IMG/VR virus record: IMGVR_UViG_3300039916_000019
Location: 1 to 41,590 of that record
DNA: 41,590 nucleotides
Reading direction: 5' to 3' (one strand)
Source of the DNA: a virus
Lineage: Duplodnaviria; Caudoviricetes
Shown piece by piece: positions 1 through 8,300 of this stretch. Below the pieces are notes generated by a model that did not search any database, was not told the DNA's origin, and saw only the letters and a program-made list of their open reading frames with translations. Position numbers and translations under genes: made by a program. Within the stretch, counting starts at the first letter, position 1. The number at the start of each line of letters is the position of its first letter.

Positions 1-369
1 ATGGACAACGAGATCGCTGGAGACATGGAAGAGCTGCCAGGGCTGGCTAGGGTGAACATTCCAGAGGCCGACCTGGTGGTGCTGGAGCGCGCGGCGCGTG
101 CGATTGGCGCGGTGCGCGTTGAGGTGGTCGATGGCGAGGGATACGTCAACTTATACTTCGCAGACGGCTTTATCTTGCACAGCTGGAATCCGCTCACGTT
201 CAGCGGCGACGCCCTCGATCTTGCCGTGCGGCTTCGACTTGAGATTTACATTCACGAGCAGGACACCACCGCGATGACCGCAGATCTCAAATTGGCCAAC
301 GAGCCGCACTGCGACGACGCCGGTGCAGCCACCCGCCGGGCAATCACTCGCGTCGCGGGTGATGTCTAG
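1..369 (+). CDS. hypothetical phage protein
   Basis: 122 aa ORF; WNPL..GDAL.LAV and C-terminal RRAITR resemble small conserved phage proteins; converges on the methylase gene with a 4-nt overlap. Confidence 0.55.
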   Translation: MDNEIAGDMEELPGLARVNIPEADLVVLERAARAIGAVRVEVVDGEGYVNLYFADGFILHSWNPLTFSGDALDLAVRLRLEIYIHEQDTTAMTADLKLANEPHCDDAGAATRRAITRVAGDV

Positions 370-1154
370 AATAAGCCGGCAGGTTCAGCAGTACGATCCC
401 AGCTGTAAATGATGACTTCATTTCGCTCAGCGCCGCGGCCACCCCCTCCTACCGTGTAGGTGATCGGGACGGTGTCCATCTGAAAGTCTGCAAAGATTCG
501 GCGGATGTCGGGGTGATCGTTCAAACTGACAATGGCTTTTCCCTTCAAGTGCCCCATCATCGAGGCCATCTTCTCGTACTCCTCCAAACCGAAGTCAACG
601 CCGTAGCCCGCTGTCTCCCAGTAAGGTGGATCCAGATAGAACAGCGTATGGGGTCTGTCGTATCGATCCATCAGCTTCGCCCAGTCCATGTTCTCGATAT
701 AGGCGCCGGATAGCCGTAGGTGTGCGGCCGACAAATTTTCTTCGATCCGAAGTAGGTTGATGGGCGGTGCGGTTGTGGCTGTGCCCCAGGACTGCCCTTC
801 CACCTTCCCGCCAAAAGCGTGCTGCTGCAGATAGAAAAAACGCACTGCACGCTGAATGTCGGTCAGCGTGTCAGGCGGCGTCTCCTGGTGCCACTTGAAC
901 ACCTCGCGACTGGCCAATGCCCATTTGAAGTGGCGCACGAATTCTTCGAGGTGGTGTTGCACGACCCGGTACAGGCGTACCAGCTCGCCGTTGATGTCGT
1001 TGATGACCTCGACTTTTGCAGGTGATCGGAGAAAGTAGAGAGCGGCGCCGCCGGCAAACACTTCTACGTAGCAATCGTGAGCGGGGAACTGAGGAAAGAT
1101 ATGATCGGCTAGGCGTCTTTTGCCACCAAGCCAGGGGACGATTGGATTTGCCAT
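366..1154 (-). CDS. dam: DNA adenine methyltransferase (Dam/D12 class)
   Basis: PWLGGKRRL, YVEVFAGG (SAM binding), EVINDIN, YLDPPY catalytic motif. Confidence 0.93.
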   Translation of the reverse strand: MANPIVPWLGGKRRLADHIFPQFPAHDCYVEVFAGGAALYFLRSPAKVEVINDINGELVRLYRVVQHHLEEFVRHFKWALASREVFKWHQETPPDTLTDIQRAVRFFYLQQHAFGGKVEGQSWGTATTAPPINLLRIEENLSAAHLRLSGAYIENMDWAKLMDRYDRPHTLFYLDPPYWETAGYGVDFGLEEYEKMASMMGHLKGKAIVSLNDHPDIRRIFADFQMDTVPITYTVGGGGRGAERNEVIIYSWDRTAEPAGLF

Positions 1155-1174
1155 TTATTTATGAACTCCCATTA

Positions 1175-1197
1175 ATACTGTACGGATGTACAGTATA
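1175..1197 (-). promoter_or_regulatory. LexA (SOS) box overlapping a TATACT -10 element upstream of the methylase
   Basis: ATACTGTAC-GGAT-GTACAGTAT (1175-1196) contains CTGT-N8-ACAG; minus-strand TATACT at 1192-1197; GGGAG RBS between the box and the ATG. Confidence 0.8.
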
Positions 1198-1272
1198 GGG
1201 CGTGCATCGTGGAAATTTTCTAGCACTGATACAAGATGACACCCGGTCAGAATACAAAACTGACGCGGCGCC

Positions 1273-1515
1273 CTACTTCGGCCATGCCTCGACCGTTTTC
1301 GCGTGGCGCGCCGTGCACTCCGCATACTGGCGCAGCAGCTCGATTGCCCAGACCTGCCATGCATCGTAGTCGTCGGCGCCGGGCCGCTCGATTACCGGGC
1401 ATGGGGCGGCCAGCGTGCTATCGAGGGATGCTTTTGTTGGCGGCTTCGATTGCGGCGTCGAGGTTGCGCACGCGGTCAGCATCAGGCACGCAACCAGCAG
1501 GCAGAGGTTTCGCAT
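1273..1515 (-). CDS. o-spanin (Rz1-like lipoprotein)
   Basis: signal peptide with lipobox LTAC, Pro-rich, overlaps the 3' end of the i-spanin. Confidence 0.8.
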   Translation of the reverse strand: MRNLCLLVACLMLTACATSTPQSKPPTKASLDSTLAAPCPVIERPGADDYDAWQVWAIELLRQYAECTARHAKTVEAWPK

Positions 1516-1828
1516 TGCGCAGCTCCTTGGTGAGCGCCGACATTCGCGGCGCCAGGGTGGATTGAATGGCGGCGAACTCGGTAGCCGCCGTGGTGATTCG
1601 CATGGCGTCGGCCTGCAGCGTGGTCAGTGCCAGCTCCGACTGGCTGCGCATGGTTTCCGCGTGCGCGCGCTGCAGCTCGGCGATCTCGGCGTCGTGCCGC
1701 CATCCGTTCGTGAACCAGCCGGCGGCGCCGGCCAGCACCGTCGCCAGCAGCAGGACCAGGCCGGCCAGCAGCGCACGCGAAGATGCGGCGACGGCCGGTG
1801 CGGCGGCTGCCGCTACGACCGGGATCAT
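1418..1828 (-). CDS. i-spanin (Rz-like)
   Basis: start MIPVV at an ATGA overlap with the endolysin stop; N-terminal TM helix, coiled coil, C-terminal LPAGC. Confidence 0.8.
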   Translation of the reverse strand: MIPVVAAAAAPAVAASSRALLAGLVLLLATVLAGAAGWFTNGWRHDAEIAELQRAHAETMRSQSELALTTLQADAMRITTAATEFAAIQSTLAPRMSALTKELRNAKPLPAGCVPDADRVRNLDAAIEAANKSIPR

Positions 1829-2313
1829 GGCAGCCCCTTCAGGCACAGCTCGCGTTCGGCTTGGCGCCGGCGCGTGAGGCCGCGCACTTCCTTGCCGCCG
1901 ACCTTGTTCCACATGAGCAGCGCATTGCAGGCGCCGACCATGTCGCCCGCGTTCGTGCGCCGCGCCATGCTCGAGCCACAGAAGCCGCTCACGCCGATGT
2001 TGTAGGCCACGTCGACGAAGGCCACCTTCTGGCCGTCGGTCAGGCGCGCGAGCGGGATGCACATGGCGATGCCGGCGGCGTGCCGCTCGAGGTCGCGGTC
2101 GAGCTGGGCGCGGCACTGCGCGGGCGTGTACGTCTTGCCCCAGGCCGCGTTCTCGGTAGCGCCGGTACAGTAAGTGAGCACGCCGGCCATGTCCCGATAG
2201 GTGGTGTACTTGGTGTCTTCGAACGGTGGGGTGAATTTGAACAGCGCGGTAGCGGCCACGACGCCGACGAGCGCGACCAGGCCGCGCCGCTGCGTTGGCG
2301 CGCCCTTAACCAT
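1825..2313 (-). CDS. endolysin, GH24 lysozyme with putative SAR domain
   Basis: E-x8-D-x5-T triad (FEDTKYTTYRDMAGVLT), AYNIG, GLTRRR..ER.LC; weakly hydrophobic N-terminal helix. Confidence 0.92.
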   Translation of the reverse strand: MVKGAPTQRRGLVALVGVVAATALFKFTPPFEDTKYTTYRDMAGVLTYCTGATENAAWGKTYTPAQCRAQLDRDLERHAAGIAMCIPLARLTDGQKVAFVDVAYNIGVSGFCGSSMARRTNAGDMVGACNALLMWNKVGGKEVRGLTRRRQAERELCLKGLP

Positions 2314-2518
2314 TGCCGGTCACCGACGGTTGCGCAACCACGCGCGCGAGCGCGGCGCCGAGCGAGGTCAGGCCGGCGGCCACCACCAGGATCGGCGCGG
2401 TGCCGCTTGCGTACAGGTGCATGCCGGCCTCGATGGCCGATGCGATGGCGGCCAGCAGCGCGAAGCGTACCGACCAGAGTTTCGGGAACTGCTTGCTTGC
2501 GTCTTCGATGAAGTTCAC
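2306..2518 (-). CDS. holin/antiholin-like membrane protein
   Basis: 70 aa, two hydrophobic segments, KLWSVRF motif, overlaps the endolysin start. Confidence 0.65.
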   Translation of the reverse strand: MNFIEDASKQFPKLWSVRFALLAAIASAIEAGMHLYASGTAPILVVAAGLTSLGAALARVVAQPSVTGNG

Positions 2519-2574
2519 GTTCTACCCTTTCGAGTTGCGCACCGGCGGCTGGCCGGCACAGGATTTATTGCGGG

Positions 2575-2877
2575 TCACGCAGCCACTTCAGGGGCCTGCA
2601 GCTTCGCGAGCAGCTGCTCGAGGCGCAGCTCCCGCTCACGGCGCTCTAGGTCGGCCAACTGGCGTTCTATGTCGGCCAGCATCGCCTCGCGGGCGTTCTG
2701 CTCCCGCTCGCGTGTATTTCGCTCCCGCGTGTACCAGGCATTCAGACCCAGCGTCAGCAGTGCGGTGAGGATGCCGACGATGACGCCGAACTGGGTCAGG
2801 GTCAGAGATGTGGCGACCGCTACAGCAGCGCCGGCGTAGCTGCCGACTTCCTGCGGGGTGATATTGCTGATGCTCAT
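2575..2877 (-). CDS. holin (HP1-family-like) with charged coiled-coil tail
   Basis: start MSISN; SLTLTQFGVIVGILTALLTLGLNAWY TM segment followed by an R/E-rich tail; first gene of the lysis cassette. Confidence 0.7.
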   Translation of the reverse strand: MSISNITPQEVGSYAGAAVAVATSLTLTQFGVIVGILTALLTLGLNAWYTRERNTREREQNAREAMLADIERQLADLERRERELRLEQLLAKLQAPEVAA

Positions 2878-2898
2878 TGCTGCCTTTCGATGGGCGTG

Positions 2899-2920
2899 AA
2901 AAAGCCCACCGAAGTGGGCT
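2899..2920 (-). terminator. intrinsic terminator between tail and lysis genes
   Basis: AGCCCAC-TTCG-GTGGGCT followed by a T run on the minus strand. Confidence 0.75.
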
Positions 2921-2963
2921 GTGTCTTGCGGTTCGGTCGCCGGGCCCGGGCGGGCCGCGAGCG

Positions 2964-3302
2964 TTACAGCCGTGCAGCGGTGATGAACAGTTCGTCGAGC
3001 GCGCCGTCGTCCAGGCCCAGCGCGGCGCCCATCATCGTGACCAGCGGGCTGTTGCGGGCGACGACGCTCGAGTAATCCCACTCGATGCGCGCGGCCTCGC
3101 TGTCCGGACTCAGCAGCGAATCGATCGCCGCGTCGACCTGTCCCAGCACGCCGCGCCCCAGCAGAGCCAGACGCGCTTGGCGCATGCTCACTTCCTGCGG
3201 CACCGTTGGCTGCGCCGCATCTTCCGCGCGCGCTTCGATCTCGGCCAGCTCTTCTGGGGTGGCGTCGCGCACGACGCCGTCTACCATTACTTGGATCGTC
3301 AT
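2964..3302 (-). CDS. tail-fibre-associated protein/chaperone
   Basis: VSMRQARLAL..., EWDYS and LDELF..A motifs; directly follows the fibre gene. Confidence 0.6.
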   Translation of the reverse strand: MTIQVMVDGVVRDATPEELAEIEARAEDAAQPTVPQEVSMRQARLALLGRGVLGQVDAAIDSLLSPDSEAARIEWDYSSVVARNSPLVTMMGAALGLDDGALDELFITAARL

Positions 3303-4325
3303 TTATGAATTCCTGTGACCGAAGACGCGGATCGTTCCTGCGGCGAACGTGCCCGCAGTGACAATCAAGCGGAAGCCCGACACCGCGGATGTGCCCGTGA
3401 ATGCACCCTCCGCAATTAATGCGATTGGAGTTGTGTAGTCCGAGCTGAGTCCGACACCCCGCACACCCAGAGACTTAGGTGTACTTGAGTTTGCGTTGCG
3501 CAACTCCAACGTCAGCGTCACTGCTTGAGCCGATCCACTTGAAATTGTCGCAACTGCAAAGAAGGAGTCAAAGGTAGAGAGGTTGCTGTTATGCGGCACC
3601 GGCCCACTATGACCAACCGTTGCCACGGCCCCTGCTACTGCCATGGACATACGCAGAAAAGCGCCCCCACTGGTGGTACGCAACCCTTCGATTTCGATCG
3701 TGTACTTATCGTAGTCAGCAGTGCAAATATTCAGAAAATCGATGGTCGCTACCGGACTCGAGATAGTGGCACTGGCCAAGGCAAGCATGCCATTTGCACC
3801 AGGCTGCCCGCGATCACCGTTACGCTGGAAGAACAACATCAAGGCATCGCCCGCTGCAAACGGGCTGGCCGAGCTGCTGTCAGTGCACACGACGGTGAGG
3901 TTCCGGTAGCCGGATTGCGCCGCGCGCGCGGTAACGTCGAATGTCATCCACTTGCTCAAGTCGCCCTGCTTTACCAGCCGGATCGAACCTTTGATGACGC
4001 TGGTCGAACCGTCCATAGTATCGATCAGCGTCGTGTAATCCTGGCCGCCGGCGGTCAGATCCAGGCGAATGACCGTGGCTGCGCTCTGCGTTGCACTCGA
4101 CAGACGCAGCTTGCCGGCGCCCGGATCGGCGTCTGCGGTAGCAGTATCGAAGGTGTAAGGCAGTGCGTAGGCGCCGCCGGCCTGCAGCATATTCATGCTG
4201 CCAATAGCCTGATTGATCTGCGGTACCATCGCTCGTTGCGCCAGCACCATTGCGGCCGCCTTCTGGCTGAATGACTGGGGCGTGTCGTTCGCTGGATCAG
4301 GACCTTCTGGGAGTTCGTCGATCAT
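3303..4325 (-). CDS. tail fibre / receptor-binding protein
   Basis: start MIDELP after an AAGGA RBS; ADADPGAGKLRL domain, short collagen-like GDRGQPG linker, beta-rich C-terminus with lower-GC codons. Confidence 0.7.
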   Translation of the reverse strand: MIDELPEGPDPANDTPQSFSQKAAAMVLAQRAMVPQINQAIGSMNMLQAGGAYALPYTFDTATADADPGAGKLRLSSATQSAATVIRLDLTAGGQDYTTLIDTMDGSTSVIKGSIRLVKQGDLSKWMTFDVTARAAQSGYRNLTVVCTDSSSASPFAAGDALMLFFQRNGDRGQPGANGMLALASATISSPVATIDFLNICTADYDKYTIEIEGLRTTSGGAFLRMSMAVAGAVATVGHSGPVPHNSNLSTFDSFFAVATISSGSAQAVTLTLELRNANSSTPKSLGVRGVGLSSDYTTPIALIAEGAFTGTSAVSGFRLIVTAGTFAAGTIRVFGHRNS

Positions 4326-4336
4326 GCATTTTCCTT

Positions 4337-5377
4337 TTAAATAAGTCCGCGCCACTCGACCGGCATCTTCTTGCCGTCGATCGACAGCGGCACTTCCCAC
4401 TGGCCCAAGTAGCCGTACGAGAGCGTCATTGCCCAGTTGGTCGACGCGATGGCCACCATCTCGACGTTGTCGACCGACCGCATGAAGCGGTACACCTCGT
4501 CTTCGTAGCCCTGCGGAATGGCCACGTCGAAATTCATCTTCTTCGCAGTCTCGCGTTTGGTCAGCGTCACGTTTCCGAACTTGTCTGTGCTCGAGCCGGA
4601 AAAACTCAGGATGCCGGCCGTCAGCCCCCACTGGGTCTTGCCGATGTACTTCGCTTTGCCGATGAAGAAGCCGCCGATCGCAGCTTGGTTGCCTGGGCTG
4701 TTCACAGTCAGACTCACCGTTGAATTGAGAAACGGCGGCAAGTCGTCGAACACAGTGTCGCCAATCCACAGCGGCTCCTGGTACCAGAAGTCATACCAGC
4801 TCAGCACGTCGTGCGTCACCAGAGACCTCGTACGTGTGTAGCCGCTCTCGGTCTGCGCCAGGGTTACCGATGAGCCGGCAACGTTGAGGATCGTCAGCGT
4901 GTTCGCCAACTCGCCAAGGGCGATCGCGACGGTGACTGCGTTTGGCGCGGTCGTCTGGCTGTTCACGGCCTTGTCGAACATCTTCCACCGGTTCGTCGCA
5001 CCCAGCGGCAACCAAGCCGTGTCGGTCAGCGCCTTCCCGGTGTTGTTAGCAATGACCGACTGATACAGTTTGTGGTTCACCAAATCGGTGACGATCGCAT
5101 CCTTCGCGTACGTGGCAGCGCTGGAATACGCCGCGTAAACGCGCCCCAGCGGCTTCCACCAGACCAGCGAGCCAGCCGGTGGATTGCCAACGTTCCCAGC
5201 CTGCAATGACTGGTACAAGTCCTGCGAAGTGCCAGAGGTGACGCCCCGAATATCGCCGGCGCCATATGTTGCGCCAGCGGCATACTCGGTCACCACCGCC
5301 TCTGGCACGCTGCTGCTGACAAGCTTGGCGTCGGTGATCGCGATCGGCCGAATCAACTTGAAATCGGCCGTGCTCAC
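4337..5377 (-). CDS. minor tail (tip) protein with carbohydrate-binding-like repeats
   Basis: GTG start coupled to the tape measure stop; two Y.AGATY / YSSAATY..D repeats ending in W.PLG. Confidence 0.65.
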   Translation of the reverse strand: MSTADFKLIRPIAITDAKLVSSSVPEAVVTEYAAGATYGAGDIRGVTSGTSQDLYQSLQAGNVGNPPAGSLVWWKPLGRVYAAYSSAATYAKDAIVTDLVNHKLYQSVIANNTGKALTDTAWLPLGATNRWKMFDKAVNSQTTAPNAVTVAIALGELANTLTILNVAGSSVTLAQTESGYTRTRSLVTHDVLSWYDFWYQEPLWIGDTVFDDLPPFLNSTVSLTVNSPGNQAAIGGFFIGKAKYIGKTQWGLTAGILSFSGSSTDKFGNVTLTKRETAKKMNFDVAIPQGYEDEVYRFMRSVDNVEMVAIASTNWAMTLSYGYLGQWEVPLSIDGKKMPVEWRGLI

Positions 5378-8300
5378 GTTGCACCTCCCGTTACACGCAT
5401 ACCATTCCCTCCTTCGGTGACGACATCGAGCGTGTCCGCCTGGCGCCGCGTGTTTCGCTGAATCTGCTCCAGCGCTGCGCCTTGCCGCTCGATCACGGCG
5501 TTCTGCCGCTCGACGGTGGCCGAGAGCCGCTCAACCGCTGCTGCCAGCCCATCGTTGTTGTTACTCGGTGGTCGACGCAGGGCGTCCATCAGCGATTGCG
5601 TGCTGTGGATCCGCGACGGGCCGGTTGCCTCGATCTCGACACCCACTTCACCGACAGCTCGTACTCCGCCGCTGAAGTCGCCGCCATTGGCGAAACCCGG
5701 GATCTTTTTGCCCTGCAGTTCAGGCTGCGCCGCCTTCAGGAAGTCGGCTTTCTCTGCCGCATCCATGGTTGGCCCGTAAGCCTTCATCCAGAACGCCAGA
5801 CCCTCCGCATCCGGCGCACGCCCCAGCACGCTCTGGTAGAGCTTGTTGAGGTCCGCTTCGGCTGAACCAGCAATGCCGCTCACGATCTGAGAAACCGGCG
5901 TACCCGATGCTGCGGCGTCCTTCCACCACTCGAGCCCAGCTGCATCCGGCGCACGGCCGAGGTGCGTCTGGTAGGCGCTGTTGATTGCCGAGGTGGCCGC
6001 CACCACCGGGTTGGCCTGAGCCGCGAGAATCGCCGCTCTCACCGCGGCGATCCCTTGGTCGATCGAGAGCAACGTGGTCGATTGGCCTTTCGCCGCTTCG
6101 ATCAGCGCTTGAGTACTTGCCAACTGCGCCTCAAGCGCTGCCAGCTGGTCCCTCGTAGCCTGGAGCGCTTTTTCCTCGACCGACAATTGCGCATCGGTCA
6201 GGCCGGCCAGCGCGCCGATATCGTTCTGCGTCCGGTAAAGGTCGCGAAGATAGTCGGTGTACGAACTGAACTGGTCCGATGCATCTTGCTGGACCGCCGA
6301 CAGCGCATCCTTGAGCGAGTCGGCGCCGGGCAGCGGGCCGCCAGCGCGCGCGATCGCCAGAGCAGCGCTGATTTGCGCCTGGCCATTCGCGCGGCTGGCC
6401 AGCTTCTGCTCGGGCGACTGGATGCTGTCGAGCGTGCCGCGCAGTGCTTGGGACAGCGACTGCAGCTTGCTCACCGATTCGGTGTGCGCATCGATGCTCG
6501 ACTGAACTGCAGCCTTCTCCCGACTCACAATAGATTGCAAGACCGAGAACGAAGAATCGACGCCGGCCAGCAAGGAAGTAGCCGCATCCCGTACTGCTTG
6601 AGTAGCTGCCTGGGCGGCCTGGGTTGCGGCATCCATTGCCGTCTTCTCGTCCTGCAGCGCATAGATGCGCTGGTAGTGCGGCCGCAGGCTCTCGTCGACC
6701 GAAGCCAATTCCTGCGCGCGCCGGGCGTTCAATGCTCCGACCGCATTCCCCTCGAGCTCCATGATCTGGATGCTCAGCCGAAGCTTCTCAACCGCCAGCG
6801 ACTCCGCTGCGTCACCAATCTCTTTCAGGTGGTCCGCGAATACCTTGAACTGCGGGCCCAAGGCCAGCAGGCCAGCATACTGCTCGGCTCCGCGTTCGGT
6901 TGCCAGCGCACCCGATGCCACCAGGCCCTGCACAGCAACCTTGAACTGGTCGGACGTCGTCATGCCGGCGTAGCCCAACGCGGAGAGCTGATCATTCAGC
7001 TGCTTCTGCACCGGAGCGATCTGCTCCGCCTTCGTCAGGAAGTTATCAGCGTAGAACTGAGTCTGCGCGGCCAGTGCATCGATGCCACCGGCCATGCCGA
7101 TCAGCCGCTCGCGCGCCTCGATCGACGCCACGCCGATCGTATTGAACGCCTGCTGGCTCGTCACACCCAAGGTGACCAGCATTGCATCGACCACCTGGAA
7201 GTTGCCAGTCAGCCGCTGCAGTGTCGCAGAGGCGGTTTCGCCCTCGATCTTGAACTGCGCAATGCTTGGAACGATGCGCGTAGCAATCTCGTCGCCGATA
7301 TCGGTGAACAGCTTCGACAGCAGCTCCTGATTTTGCGCGGCGTCCTTCGTGAGCACCAGCTTCAACTGTTTGCTATAGCCCGTGACGACGTCGGCCGACA
7401 CGCCCAGCGTTTTAGCGAAATCGAGCGTGGTGTCCTTGACCAGCGTGAAGCCGTCCGTCAGCGCCTTGTTCATCTCGCTCGAGAGCGCCGCAGTTTCGGT
7501 ACCGCTCTTGTCGCTCCGGAAGACGCCGCCCTTCTGCGTCCACTTCGAATATTCCTGGCCGCCGGAGAAGCCCGAGGTGCCGAAGTTGCCCGAGATACCC
7601 TGTTCGACAATCTCCTTGGCCTTGTGGCCAAACAGACGATTCACCGATCCGCCGATGACGCCGCCGATCAGCGCACCCAGCGCAGTGCCGAGCACTGGCA
7701 CGATCGAGCCGACTGCAGCGCCGACGGCCGTTCCAGTGTTGACCGCGCTGTTGCCCGACCCGCCGAACGCCGAATAGCCGCCCGAGATCAGGCGTCCGCC
7801 GTACACGCCGCCGGCCACACCGGCCGCAACGCCGGCGGCGGCGCCAACGGCAGAACCCGCCGTGAGGCTGGAGCCGACGCCGGTCATGCCAGCGCCGTTG
7901 TATGCCGCAGCCGCCGTCGCCGCCTGCGAACCCGTCATTCCCATGCCGGCGCCGAAGGCCGACACCGACGCCGAGCCGAACGTGCTGCCCAGTGCAGAAA
8001 CGTACCCACCTAGCGTCGAACCGACCGAGGCGAAACCAGTCGCGAAGCCGTCGTAAATCTTCTTGCCGGTGCTGATGAGGTCCAGCGCAGTCGAGCCGCT
8101 GCCGGCGCTACCAGCAGTGCCCTGCATCAGGCCAGCCAAGCCGCTGCCCGCCGTCGCACCCGTTGTGGTCGGGCTGATGTTGATGAGCCACTTCTTCACC
8201 GTCATCTGGTACAGCAGCTCGTACAGCCCGTTCTTGAGCGCGTCCTTGAGGCGGTCGAACGCCGACTTGCCGCTGTCGAAGATGCTGATGAACGTGTCGT

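Noticed and set aside
366-1154. Restriction-modification system
   Set aside because: No cognate endonuclease nearby; an orphan methylase is more likely
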